DNA from: Bacteroidota bacterium | GTDB taxonomy: Bacteria; Bacteroidota; Bacteroidia; Chitinophagales; Saprospiraceae | Assembly: GCA_016124585.1 (NCBI GenBank) | Contig: WGNL01000001.1 | Span: 266,807-330,806, forward strand | Length of the DNA: 64,000 nt | Direction: 5' to 3' | In this document: piece by piece, positions 46,761 to 56,667 of the stretch | Layout of the letters: every line of letters begins with the position of its first letter | How positions within the stretch are numbered: the stretch's first letter is position 1 | Translations under genes and position numbers: made by a program | Notes under the pieces: generated by a model | The model's database searches: none | What the model saw: the letters and a program-made list of their open reading frames with translations, nothing else | What the model was told of the DNA's origin: nothing

Positions 46761-47225
46761 TTACAGGTAATTTTGTTGGAAAAATGGTTTGTACCCGTTC
46801 AGAGATTTAGACCGGATGATTTTCTCATAATTTGAAATCGTCAGGGGAAAATAGTCCTTGGTCATACCCATTTGCATGAAATCGGGGCGATTGGTTTTCA
46901 AGCCGTTGTAAAACTCCATAGCTTTTGCCTTGTCTTCAAAACCAGTGATCAGGATAAGTGGAACATCCTTCAATTCACCATCCACCTGAATTTGCGTGAT
47001 TTTAAGTTTGTCGTTTGGATAGAACTTCCACATGTACTTGGTGATGCCGGTGCGGAGTTCTGGCAAGTCATTTGGGCGGTTTGACAAAACGAAAAGAAAG
47101 GAGTGCTCTTCATTGGCATTCACCACGAAACCGCCTTTTTCAGTTAGGTTATTCTGTGCAACCATCACGGATGGGAAAATGAAAAATGCCAACAATGTCA
47201 ATGGGATGAAAAACTTTTTAAACAT
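46761..47225 (-). CDS. Small secreted protein, unknown function
   Basis: Signal peptide MFKKFFIPLTLLAFFIFPSVMVAQ (start moved to 47225). About 130-aa mature domain with no recognised motif. Confidence 0.5.
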   Translation of the reverse strand: MFKKFFIPLTLLAFFIFPSVMVAQNNLTEKGGFVVNANEEHSFLFVLSNRPNDLPELRTGITKYMWKFYPNDKLKITQIQVDGELKDVPLILITGFEDKAKAMEFYNGLKTNRPDFMQMGMTKDYFPLTISNYEKIIRSKSLNGYKPFFQQNYL

Positions 47226-47424
47226 GGAAAATTGAATTTGCGAATCCCGAAAGCCCATCCCGAATGCTCGGGATAGGCTCCGAGTTTCTAACCAAAAAAA
47301 TGTATTTTAAGCAGTAGCAAAGCTTTTTTTGAAAATTGAAACTGACTTGTGGTTGGTAGTTTTGACTGAATGCCTAAACCAAATGAGTGGCATTTTTTTA
47401 TGCTATGAAAATAAGAAGCCAAAT

Positions 47425-47441
47425 TTAGGGAAATTCCCTAA
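47425..47441. promoter_or_regulatory. 8-1-8 palindrome TTAGGGAA-A-TTCCCTAA upstream of the ECF sigma gene
   Basis: Read directly, about 108 nt upstream of the GTG at 47549. Its function is not established. Confidence 0.35.
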
Positions 47442-47548
47442 TCTGGGCTTCCTTTAGCAGAATTTTATGATTCGGACGGGTTTTTGTAGCAAAAGTCATA
47501 TTTTGGCAACCAAATATTGAGCCTTTTATCCGGTAGAACCTAATTCTA

Positions 47549-48109
47549 GTGGCTTTCGAAAAAGAACACTCCGACGAACACATTTTGGCTTTACTCCCTA
47601 CCAATGATAGCTTGGCAATGGAGTTGATGTTCCGCAAGTACTATTCCTTCTTGTGCAAGTCCGTTTTAAGGGTACTGAAGGATGAACATACTGCGGAAGA
47701 TTTGGCACAAGAGGTCTTTTTTGATGTCTGGCGAAAGCGTGAAGACATCAACGTGACGACTTCATTAAGAGCTTATCTGCGCAGGTCTGCGGTGAACAAA
47801 ACGCTGAATTTTATCCGTGACCGAAAAATAAGATGGGATGACGAGGACAAATTGACCTCAACCGCCAGCGAAGAGACCAGCATTGCTTTAAACTTAGAAA
47901 GCCAAGACTTGGAGCGCTCCATCAACGAAGCTATAGACCTTTTGCCTGAGCGTTGCAGATTGGTTTTCTCATTGAGTAGGTTTGAGGAAATGACTAACCA
48001 ACAAATAGCGGATGAATTGAGCATTTCAGTCAAGACTGTCGAAAACCAGATGACCAAAGCTTTGAAATTATTAAAATCTGCCATTGGGCCATTTTTGAAT
48101 GCAGACTAG
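47549..48109 (+). CDS. ECF-type RNA polymerase sigma factor (FecI-like)
   Basis: Region 2 (LMFRKYYSFLCKSV...AEDLAQEVFFDVW) and region 4 (LPERCRLVFSLSRFEEMTNQQIADELSISVKTVENQMTKAL). 186 aa with a GTG start. Confidence 0.9.
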   Translation: MAFEKEHSDEHILALLPTNDSLAMELMFRKYYSFLCKSVLRVLKDEHTAEDLAQEVFFDVWRKREDINVTTSLRAYLRRSAVNKTLNFIRDRKIRWDDEDKLTSTASEETSIALNLESQDLERSINEAIDLLPERCRLVFSLSRFEEMTNQQIADELSISVKTVENQMTKALKLLKSAIGPFLNAD

Positions 48110-48275
48110 ACGGTTTAGTCATTTAGCTTGCATTTAGACTCAAAAATCTGTGCGAAATTGGCAATTAAATAGGGGGACGCTTCCTAATCCGTGTCTCTTA
48201 CACCAACTAGAAAAAAACTGGACCGGCTGAATTTGTACTCGATGAATGAAACGGTTTTGAAACGATTTATCAGAA

Positions 48276-49217
48276 ATGGATTTTAACGCAAATAAAGGCT
48301 TGCAGGCCTGGCATGAGCAGCACCCTCATGAATCGAAGAACCTGCTAAGTAAAATATGGGAGGCGAGCAACAGCTACAAGGAAGGCTATCATCCCGACGT
48401 TGATAAAGGCCTTGATGCTTTCAAGCGTCGCATGAACCAGCACCAGCCTGCTAAAATCGCACGTCTTTCTCCTGTGAAAATTGTACTGCGAATAGCAGCT
48501 GGAATCGCTCTACTGTTTTTTTCTGGCATGTTCTTGAAAAATAAGTTGAGTGACAACAACCTAGTTGTTGAGATGACTAAAGATGGTGCTACGAAAGAAC
48601 TTACGCTGAAAGATGGTAGCCTTGTTACTTTAAACGAATCAAGTCAATTGACCTTTCAAAAGGAGTTTTCCAAAAATGAGCGCAAAGTGACGTTGGAAGG
48701 TGAAGCTTTCTTCAAAATAACAAGGGATGTTAGCAGACCCTTTATCATTGAAGCTGGAATGGCTAAAGTTACTGTCCTTGGTACCTCCTTCAATGTACGC
48801 TCTTTTCCAAAGCAAAATGTTTTTGAAGTTTATGTGCAGACTGGTAAGGTAAAAGTGGATTTTGAGAAAGGGAATGGCAGTTATTTACTTACCCCAGGTG
48901 AATATTTGCGATTCGATGACGCTACTGGAAAGCCAAGTAAAGTTGTTGACAAATCAGGCGCTGCGAATGCATGGCGAACGGGTGTTATCAGTTTCAAAGG
49001 GCAAAGCATTCCAGACATTTTTGCTGGAATGGAACGGCTTTACGGTGTAAGCTTCAAATTTCAGCAGGAAAGTCAGAATTCGGATTGCCTACAAACCTTA
49101 ACTGTTCAAAAAGGGAAAATGGGTGAAGCGATTGAAGCATTGAAGACCTCTTGCCCGAAACTAAAATTTAAAGGTGATCAGCTAGGTTATATCGTTACAG
49201 GTACTTGTTGCGAGTAA
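48276..49217 (+). CDS. FecR-family anti-sigma factor / sensor
   Basis: Cytoplasmic N-terminus, one TM helix (IAAGIALLFFSGMFL) and a periplasmic FecR domain (LKDGSLVTLNESSQLTF...GEAFF.I.....PF.I......V.VLGTSFNV). Confidence 0.85.
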   Translation: MDFNANKGLQAWHEQHPHESKNLLSKIWEASNSYKEGYHPDVDKGLDAFKRRMNQHQPAKIARLSPVKIVLRIAAGIALLFFSGMFLKNKLSDNNLVVEMTKDGATKELTLKDGSLVTLNESSQLTFQKEFSKNERKVTLEGEAFFKITRDVSRPFIIEAGMAKVTVLGTSFNVRSFPKQNVFEVYVQTGKVKVDFEKGNGSYLLTPGEYLRFDDATGKPSKVVDKSGAANAWRTGVISFKGQSIPDIFAGMERLYGVSFKFQQESQNSDCLQTLTVQKGKMGEAIEALKTSCPKLKFKGDQLGYIVTGTCCE

Positions 49218-49243
49218 GCAGAGTGAGAGATTTATTTGAAATA

Positions 49244-49281
49244 AAATGGCTCAGGTGTACAAACATACCTGAGCCATTTTT
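49244..49281 (+). terminator. Strong rho-independent terminator between fecR-like and the receptor gene
   Basis: aaaatggctcaggt / acctgagccattttt, an 11-bp GC-containing stem plus a T-run. Confidence 0.8.
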
Positions 49282-49368
49282 ATGCTTATTTGCCAACTTT
49301 GATAGAAGAATTGCACGTCTCTTCCATTGATTAGCTTAATTTTGATTTCCACGACCCAATCCTGCATG

Positions 49369-52026
49369 AAAAAGCGCTGGTTCATATTGCTAATTGGATT
49401 TTTTGCCCATTTTTCGGCCATCGGTCAATCCCCCCTGGACGCAACTATCAGCTTGGATATCAAGGACTTGCCTATCAAAGAGGTACTTTATGAAATGATA
49501 GACCAAGGCGTAAAGCTTTCCTTTAACAATAACATTTTACCAGTAGAGAAAAAGCTATCGTTTCGAGTTGTCAACTTAAAAATCAGTAGGCTGATGCCAC
49601 TGATACTTGCAGACACCGACCTGAGTTACGAGGTGGTAGGGTCTCAGATAGTCATTCTCAAGAAAGCTATTCCAATCCCTAAAAAAATGTTTACCCTAAG
49701 TGGTTTTGTAACCGACGCTGAAACAGGGGAACGCAATATCAATTCTACGGTCTATGATGTTCGACGAAAGACTGGAACATATACAAACGAGTTTGGCTAT
49801 TTCAGCATCACACTTTCCGAAGGCCCAGTTTACTTGCAGGTTTCGAGTTTAGGCTATGAAAATGACACCATTGAATTGACATTGGCAAGCAATCAGCGTG
49901 TTGAAATTCAGATGAGACCTCTTTTGCTTGCTGAAGTCGTGGTCAAAAACATCAATGATTCAACTTACCTTCAATCCGATTTCAACACTTTTGAAATCAA
50001 CCTAGAACAAGCCGGCAGGCTGCCCTCGTTGGGCGGCGAAACAGACGTAATGCGCTTAGCCTACACCTTGCCGGGCATCCAAACTGGAGCCGATGGCTTT
50101 GGTGGTATGTCGGTACGAGGTGGGGATATTGACCAAAACCTTTTTTTGCTTGATGGAGTGACGGTATATAATGCCACCCATGGCTTGGGTATTTATTCCA
50201 TTTACAATACAGGTGCAGTCAGAAGTGCAAAGATTCTCAAGGGCGACTTTCCAGCGCAATACGGTGGGCGAACATCTTCAATTTGGGACATTCAAACTAA
50301 GGAAGGCAACCTGAATAAATTGCAAGGTGAAATGGAAATGGGCCCGACTTCCCTACAGACAACGATTGAAGGTCCGTTCACCAAACACAAAGGTTCTTGG
50401 TTCCTTTCTGGAAGGCGTGCGCTTTTCGATTTTTTTAGTGTCCCTATTTCCAAAAGAATCCGTGATACGAAGACGAGTGCCGGTTACCTGAAGTATTTTT
50501 TCTTTGACATAAATGCCAAATTCAATTACAAGATCACGCCGAGCGACCGAGTTTACCTCAGTTTCTATCATGGAAAAGACGATTTCGTGGATAAGTACGA
50601 CCAGTATCGTTGGTTCCAAGATACCCTGTCGGTTGTATCAAATGAAGAAGTAGTGAACTGGGGAAATAATGTGGCTGCGCTTCGCTGGAATCATTTGATT
50701 TCTGATAAAATATTTGCCAATGTGACGGCAACTTATAGCCGCTATTTTTACAATTCGGAAGAATTGATTGATTTGGATTTGTTGTCAAACGATGAGCGGA
50801 TTTTGCGTGATGTGCTGTTTCTAAAATACAAATCAAGTGTGGAGGATATAGGCTTAAAAACGGATTTTGACTACACGACTTACCGAAAACACCGATTTAG
50901 GTTTGGCACTAGTTTCACGAAGCACAAGTTTCAGCCGGGAGTCATCAGTTTTGAAGAGCTTACAGTTTTCAACAAAGAAACTAGGGACACGATTGGTGCC
51001 TATCTAAAGAACCCACTGGAGTCCACGGAATTGGATGCGTACGTACAAGATGAATTGAAAATGGGCAATATCATCTCTGCCAATATTGGACTCAGAGCTT
51101 CTGCGCTACTTGTTAATCAAAAGGAATTTTTCTACTTGCAACCTAGGCTTATACTTCGGTTTTGGGAAGACCAGAAGCTGTCTTTTAATTTTGCGATAAC
51201 AAAAAATACGCAATCTATCCACCTGCTAAGCCCAACAAGTTTTGGATTACCCAAGGATCTTTGGGTAAGTGCTACTGATAAAGTCAAGCCTCAACAATCT
51301 TGGCAATATTCAGTAGGCGGTGTGTATCATTTTCAACCTTGGTTGACGCTGGATATTCAAGGCTACTATAAAAAACTTAGAAACATCATTTACTTCCAAG
51401 GCAATGGGCTAAACAACATCAATTCGCTCAACTGGCAAGACCTAATAGCGGTGGGTAATGGCTGGGCTTACGGGACTGAATTTCTCTTGAAAATCCAACG
51501 TGGTAAATTTGGAGGCTGGGCCGGTTATTCCTATGCACATGCGGATAGAAAATTTGGGGAAGAGGTAAATAATGGGAAAAAATATCCACTTCGGCTTGAT
51601 AGAAGGCACAATTTCAACCTTCAGTTTTTGTATAAAATCAATTCAAGTTGGGATTTTTCGCTTGGATATGTTTTTTCAACTGGTTCGGCCTACACATTGG
51701 CAACTCAGCAGTTTGACATAGTTCAGCAAACCAACGGCAGTGCACCTACCGCAATCAAGGTAAGCCAGAAATTCGTTAAAGCGTTGAATGACCGTCGTTT
51801 ACCAAATTATCATCGGTTGGATTTCACATTCAACCATTATTTTAAAGTACGCAATGTTCAGCACACCATCAAGCTAGGGGTTTACAATGCTTACCTTAGA
51901 AAGAACCCAGTTTACTACACCCTCCGTGAAAGTTTTGACGACGATGGTCAAGAACTAACCCAAGTCGTTCAAATTTCATTACTTCCTTTTTTTCCTACAC
52001 TTAGGTATATCATGGAATTCAAGTAA
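49369..52026 (+). CDS. TonB-dependent transducer (STN signalling domain, CarboxypepD_reg domain, plug and barrel)
   Basis: Signal peptide MKKRWFILLIGFFAHFSAIGQ (start moved to 49369). STN-like ISLDIKDLPIKEVLYEMIDQGVKLSF, then FTLSGFVTD.ETGE and the plug GGETDVMR...PG(I)Q......G.SVRGG...N....DG. The terminal aromatic (..MEFK) is not a canonical F end. Confidence 0.85.
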   Translation, partial: KKRWFILLIGFFAHFSAIGQSPLDATISLDIKDLPIKEVLYEMIDQGVKLSFNNNILPVEKKLSFRVVNLKISRLMPLILADTDLSYEVVGSQIVILKKAIPIPKKMFTLSGFVTDAETGERNINSTVYDVRRKTGTYTNEFGYFSITLSEGPVYLQVSSLGYENDTIELTLASNQRVEIQMRPLLLAEVVVKNINDSTYLQSDFNTFEINLEQAGRLPSLGGETDVMRLAYTLPGIQTGADGFGGMSVRGGDIDQNLFLLDGVTVYNATHGLGIYSIYNTGAVRSAKILKGDFPAQYGGRTSSIWDIQTKEGNLNKLQGEMEMGPTSLQTTIEGPFTKHKGSWFLSGRRALFDFFSVPISKRIRDTKTSAGYLKYFFFDINAKFNYKITPSDRVYLSFYHGKDDFVDKYDQYRWFQDTLSVVSNEEVVNWGNNVAALRWNHLISDKIFANVTATYSRYFYNSEELIDLDLLSNDERILRDVLFLKYKSSVEDIGLKTDFDYTTYRKHRFRFGTSFTKHKFQPGVISFEELTVFNKETRDTIGAYLKNPLESTELDAYVQDELKMGNIISANIGLRASALLVNQKEFFYLQPRLILRFWEDQKLSFNFAITKNTQSIHLLSPTSFGLPKDLWVSATDKVKPQQSWQYSVGGVYHFQPWLTLDIQGYYKKLRNIIYFQGNGLNNINSLNWQDLIAVGNGWAYGTEFLLKIQRGKFGGWAGYSYAHADRKFGEEVNNGKKYPLRLDRRHNFNLQFLYKINSSWDFSLGYVFSTGSAYTLATQQFDIVQQTNGSAPTAIKVSQKFVKALNDRRLPNYHRLDFTFNHYFKVRNVQHTIKLGVYNAYLRKNPVYYTLRESFDDDGQELTQVVQISLLPFFPTLRYIMEFK

Positions 52027-52138
52027 GTTCCTAATTCAAGACATTTCAATTTTTTAATTTGAATTAAATCTAAATAAAGTTAAAAAATTGAGCGCAGGTC
52101 GTATTTTTGCCTATCAAATTTGAAAAACAGCCCGAGAA

Positions 52139-52774
52139 ATGAAGAAAATAGCAGTCATAATCGCAGATGCGCACTACCTATCTAGGCTAGGGTTGCGACA
52201 GATTTTGGCTGAAGTGCCCAATTGTGAGGTTGTTGGAGAGGCAACCTCCGAGGCTCAGTTGCTTGTGAAATTGACCAATACCCAGCCTGAAATTGTGGTA
52301 CTAGACTATAACCAACCTGGCCGTTTTTCTACAGAAACAATCGAAAAAGTTAGGGAACGTTCCCCTCAATCCCGATTGCTTATCATCAGTGGAGATGAGG
52401 ACAAAAAGTCTATTTATCAGGTATTGGAAAGTGGTGTAAATAGTTTTTTGTCAAAACATTGCGGTGAAAAGGAAATAGTGGATGCAGTGGAAGCCACTTC
52501 AAAAAACGAAAAATTTTATTGCACCAACGTACTGAATCATCTTCTTGAAAAGTCTTTTCCGAAGGAAGCTGATTGCTCACCAACACCACTTTCGGCTCGT
52601 GAAATTGAAATCGTAAGGCTTGTAGCCAGCGGACTCATCGCCAAGGAAATAGCCGGGAAACTCCATTTGAGTACCCACACGATTTACACCCACCGCAAAA
52701 ACATCATGAAAAAATTGAAGCTGGGTACTACATCAGAGCTGGTGCTTTTTGCCGTAAACGAAGGATTAGTTTGA
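52139..52774 (+). CDS. NarL/LuxR-family response regulator (REC plus HTH)
   Basis: REC motifs (IIADAH...VVLDY...) with the phospho-acceptor Asp context VLDYNQPG. C-terminal LSAREIEIVRLVASGLIAKEIAGKLHLSTHTIYTHRKNIMKKL is the LuxR HTH. Confidence 0.88.
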   Translation: MKKIAVIIADAHYLSRLGLRQILAEVPNCEVVGEATSEAQLLVKLTNTQPEIVVLDYNQPGRFSTETIEKVRERSPQSRLLIISGDEDKKSIYQVLESGVNSFLSKHCGEKEIVDAVEATSKNEKFYCTNVLNHLLEKSFPKEADCSPTPLSAREIEIVRLVASGLIAKEIAGKLHLSTHTIYTHRKNIMKKLKLGTTSELVLFAVNEGLV

Positions 52775-52782
52775 GTTTTTTT

Positions 52783-53328
52783 TCAATCCTGCCATTCAAT
52801 ATAGTCCACATTGAAAAGTCCTTTTTTGATAGGTACGACAATGGTGTCGCCTTGTACTGAATTTGAAAATCGTGGCGTCTTGCTTTTCACTCGAACAAGT
52901 TCACCGTCGATAATCACAAAAATAAAATAACCCATTTCCGTTTTTTTATTGCCTTCAATAAAGCCATAAATTGTTGGGCTGCGTCCTACCAAATGCGCTT
53001 TTTCTTCCCAAAACTCAACGGGCGTTTCATGTGGTTTTTGCTCCGCAAAAAATCGGTTTGCTAGGCTAGCTAACAGTGGCATCGGTAAAATTGAGGTGAC
53101 GATGCAGACAGTCCAGATTTGGATTTTATCCACCAAATCTTTTTCTTTTTTTTGAAAGCGAAAAGCCAACATTATCCCAACTGCCAATCCCACCAACAGT
53201 GAGCCAAGCACCATTTTCTGGGGCTTGATATAATTCTGAAACCACTGGAACTCATGAACATACAGGGCTATCACCCCAAAAATGGCAATTACGGCGAAGA
53301 AAACCAACAGCTTGAATTTCATGCTCAT
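52783..53328 (-). CDS. Membrane protein, unknown function, start overlapping the stop of the ABC exporter gene
   Basis: Three hydrophobic helices then a small soluble C-terminal domain. There is a 4-nt ATGA overlap with the upstream gene (53325-53328). Confidence 0.5.
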   Translation of the reverse strand: MSMKFKLLVFFAVIAIFGVIALYVHEFQWFQNYIKPQKMVLGSLLVGLAVGIMLAFRFQKKEKDLVDKIQIWTVCIVTSILPMPLLASLANRFFAEQKPHETPVEFWEEKAHLVGRSPTIYGFIEGNKKTEMGYFIFVIIDGELVRVKSKTPRFSNSVQGDTIVVPIKKGLFNVDYIEWQD

Positions 53329-55127
53329 GCGTAATGGAATTGGAGTTTTGCAAGACTGTTGTAAAGGCCGTCCGTCATTGCTTCCAGTTCCTCGTGGGTA
53401 CCTTCCTCCACAATTCTGCCACCATCGATTACACAGATTTTATCCACATTCCTGATAGTTGCCAATCGGTGAGCAATGATGATACTTGTACGGCCTTCCA
53501 TTAGCTTGTCAAGTGCATCTTGTACCACTTTTTCAGATTCAGCATCCAAAGAAGATGTTGCTTCATCCAAAAGTAAAATAGCTGGATTTTTCAAAATAGC
53601 CCTTGCAATGGCGATGCGCTGGCGTTGTCCACCTGAGAGTTTTACCCCTCGTTCGCCTACAATTGTGTCTAATCCTTCTGGGAATTTTTGAATGAAATTC
53701 CAGGCATTTGCTTGTCGGGCAGCCTCAATAATTTCAGGTTCAGAAGCATCAGGTTTTCCATACAAAATATTCTCCCGAATCGTACCGCCAAACAGTAGCA
53801 CTTCTTGTGGCACGATGGCAATATTTTGACGATAATCAGTCGTGTTCATGTCGTGGATGCTTTGGTCATCGACAGTAATTTCACCAGAAGCAATTTCGTA
53901 AAACTTGAGCAAAAGCTGCACGATTGTTGACTTGCCAGCGCCGCTAGGCCCTACCAGTGCTACTTTTTCACCAGCCCCGACCCGTAGGTTTATCCCTTTC
54001 AAAACCCGAACGTCTTCTCTGGTGGGGTAATTGAAATGAACATTTTTGAACTCGATATTACCTTCCAGACGGTTGGTATTTTGCCTGTCATTTTGAATTT
54101 TCACCTCGCTGTTTTCTTCCAAAATCTCGCTAATACGTTCCGTTGCCCCAATGGCACCCAGCAGTTCCGTGTAGAAATTGCCTAGGCCGGCAATTGCCCC
54201 TCCAATGACCGCCGTGTAAACGACAAATGACACCAATTGCCCGGCGTCCATTTGCCCCTTGCTAAGCAGCCAAGCGCCCATCCAAATGACGAAAAACAAA
54301 CCACCAAAAAGCACGGATACAATGAAGACTGTGAAAAGCGCCCGCCCGTGGGCATATTTCAGGGAAACACTAACTGTGTCGTCCACTGATTTTCCGTACC
54401 TCCGAAACTCGAAAAGTTCGTTGGTGAATGCTTTCACGACTTGGATAGTCGTCATCGTTTCACTCAAAACGGTGTTGGACAGCGCCAGTTCATCTTGCCG
54501 CTGTTTAGACAGTTTTCGGATTTTTCTACCAAAAAACATGGCACCGATGACGATTACAGGAAATGTGGCAAGCATGATGAGCGACAGTTTCCAAGCCATG
54601 ACTGCTAAAATGATTATGCCAGAGACAAGAACGATAATTTGCCGGATGAACTCGGCAATCGTAACGGAGAAGGCACTGTACAATTTTTCGACATCAGCAG
54701 TAAGCCTACTGACAAGGTCGCCTACCCGGTTTTTTTCGAAGAAAACGATGGGCAGCGTGATGATTTTGCTGTAAAGTGCTTTGCGAACATCGGCGATTCC
54801 CCGCTCACTTACCGCAGCAAAAAGCTGTACCCGGAAATAGGACACAAACCCTTGTGCAATCAACACCACCATCAAAAAGTAGCCAACCTGAGGGAGCGTG
54901 AAGGGGTATTTGGATTTTCCCTGGGCAATGTTGATGAGTTCGCCGGAAAGAAAGGGGAAAATCATAAAGACCATGCTCGAAATGAACAGGAGCACGAGTC
55001 CAATTGCCAACCTCCAACGGTAGGGCCTCACGAATTTGAAAATCTTGAGGGCTTTTCGGGCTTGTTCGAGGTTGAATTTTTTACTTTCCGTGGTATCTGT
55101 CGTACTGGCCGGATTTCTTCTTGACAT
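53325..55127 (-). CDS. ABC exporter, fused permease/ATPase (MsbA/multidrug type)
   Basis: Six-helix TMD then an NBD with Walker A GPSGAGKST, signature LSGGQRQR, Walker B ILLLDEATS and an H-loop IIIAHR. Confidence 0.92.
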   Translation of the reverse strand: MSRRNPASTTDTTESKKFNLEQARKALKIFKFVRPYRWRLAIGLVLLFISSMVFMIFPFLSGELINIAQGKSKYPFTLPQVGYFLMVVLIAQGFVSYFRVQLFAAVSERGIADVRKALYSKIITLPIVFFEKNRVGDLVSRLTADVEKLYSAFSVTIAEFIRQIIVLVSGIIILAVMAWKLSLIMLATFPVIVIGAMFFGRKIRKLSKQRQDELALSNTVLSETMTTIQVVKAFTNELFEFRRYGKSVDDTVSVSLKYAHGRALFTVFIVSVLFGGLFFVIWMGAWLLSKGQMDAGQLVSFVVYTAVIGGAIAGLGNFYTELLGAIGATERISEILEENSEVKIQNDRQNTNRLEGNIEFKNVHFNYPTREDVRVLKGINLRVGAGEKVALVGPSGAGKSTIVQLLLKFYEIASGEITVDDQSIHDMNTTDYRQNIAIVPQEVLLFGGTIRENILYGKPDASEPEIIEAARQANAWNFIQKFPEGLDTIVGERGVKLSGGQRQRIAIARAILKNPAILLLDEATSSLDAESEKVVQDALDKLMEGRTSIIIAHRLATIRNVDKICVIDGGRIVEEGTHEELEAMTDGLYNSLAKLQFHYA

Positions 55128-55253
55128 AGCTGAATTGGCTAATTTTTATACAAAGAAATGAAAACGCAGGAAGCTGCAACTGGTTTTAATTCTACAAATA
55201 TTGCTGACCATCCGCTTACATTTGCCTTTCACTTTTTTTCATTCTCCATAAAA

Positions 55254-56597
55254 ATGCCATTTCCTGAACCCTTCCTCGACCGCATGAAATCTGACATGGG
55301 TCAGGAATTCCCAGATTTCTTGAATGCTTTAGAGCAACCGGCGCCAGTGAGCATCCGCCTGAACCCTGCAAAAGGTTTGGTTGCCTTCAGCAATGCGGAA
55401 CCAATTCCTTGGCATCCAGATGGCCACTATTTACCGGAGCGGCCAGTTTTTACACTCGACCCTAGATTCCATGCTGGAGGCTATTACGTGCAGGAGGCAT
55501 CGTCCATGCTTATCCATGAAGCTTTGCGGCAAACGGTTGGATTGGGACAGGATTTGAAAGTCCTTGACCTTTGCGCCGCTCCTGGCGGTAAATCAACACT
55601 GTTAGTTTCTGCATTAGGGAGAGCTGGATTTTTATTGTCAAATGAAGTGATACAAAACAGGGTAGGGCCACTGAAAATGAACTTGGAAAAATGGGGGCAT
55701 GCCAATGTCGCAGTCAGCAACCACGACCCAGAAGATTTCGAAAAACTGGCTGGCTTCTTCGATGTAGTGCTGGTGGATGCACCTTGTTCTGGCGAGGGAC
55801 TGTTCCGGAAGGATGAAGATGCAGCCAGACATTGGTCAGCAGCAAGTGTGGAATTATGTTCTGCTCGTCAGCGCCGAATTCTAACTGCAGGATTGGAATT
55901 GGTGCAAGAAGGTGGCATTCTGATTTATTCCACCTGTACCTTCAACCAGCAGGAAAATGGAGATAATGTGGAATGGCTCGCTTCGCAGGGCTTTGAATTT
56001 GTGAAACTGGATTTGCCTGAAACTTGGGGCGTTACTGAACAAAAATGGGGATACCAATGCTATCCGCACCGGGTGCAAGGGGAGGGATTCTTTTTTGCCG
56101 TCCTTCGGAAAACGGGGGGCAGCCAAGCAATCAAACTAAAAAATAACCCACCAAAAGATTGGCAACGTTTTCCGGAAAAGCAACTGAGCATTTTTGAGGG
56201 TTGGCTTTCCCAGCCTAGTGATTTTGCATTCTTTACAAAACCTGATGATGCAATAGTGGCAGTGCCGTTGGTTTTGGCCGATTCATTCTTCACAGTTGGT
56301 GCTTCGCTAAAACGGCGCTCACTTGGCTTAGAAATTGGCGAGCTGAAAAAGAATGACTTGGTTCCATCACATACATTGGCATTGGCCAACGAACTTCATC
56401 CCGATTTGCCAAAGGCTGACCTTTCCAAAGACCAAGCCTTGCATTTTTTGAAAAAAGAAAACCTTTGGGAAACAGACTGGCAGCGAGGCTGGACCCTAGC
56501 AAGTTTTGAGGGTTTGCCGATAGGCTGGATGAAAGTACTGGACAACCGTTCGAACAATTACCTGCCTACCAACTGGCGGATTCGGATGGATTTATAA
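55254..56597 (+). CDS. rRNA (cytosine-C5) methyltransferase, RsmF/RsmB (NOL1/NOP2/Sun) family
   Basis: GYYVQEASSM, DLCAAPGGKS, DAPCSGEG and YSTCT motifs. The start is moved to MPFPEPFLDRMK (55254). Confidence 0.88.
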   Translation: MPFPEPFLDRMKSDMGQEFPDFLNALEQPAPVSIRLNPAKGLVAFSNAEPIPWHPDGHYLPERPVFTLDPRFHAGGYYVQEASSMLIHEALRQTVGLGQDLKVLDLCAAPGGKSTLLVSALGRAGFLLSNEVIQNRVGPLKMNLEKWGHANVAVSNHDPEDFEKLAGFFDVVLVDAPCSGEGLFRKDEDAARHWSAASVELCSARQRRILTAGLELVQEGGILIYSTCTFNQQENGDNVEWLASQGFEFVKLDLPETWGVTEQKWGYQCYPHRVQGEGFFFAVLRKTGGSQAIKLKNNPPKDWQRFPEKQLSIFEGWLSQPSDFAFFTKPDDAIVAVPLVLADSFFTVGASLKRRSLGLEIGELKKNDLVPSHTLALANELHPDLPKADLSKDQALHFLKKENLWETDWQRGWTLASFEGLPIGWMKVLDNRSNNYLPTNWRIRMDL

Positions 56598-56615
56598 TTT
56601 CAAATTCGACAAACT

Positions 56616-56653
56616 AAAAAGCCCAGCGATGCTTGAATCGCTGGGCCTTTTTT
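56616..56653. terminator. Bidirectional rho-independent terminator
   Basis: aaaaagcccagcgat ... atcgctgggcctttttt lies between convergent genes. Confidence 0.85.
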
Positions 56654-56667
56654 GCTGATCAATAATC

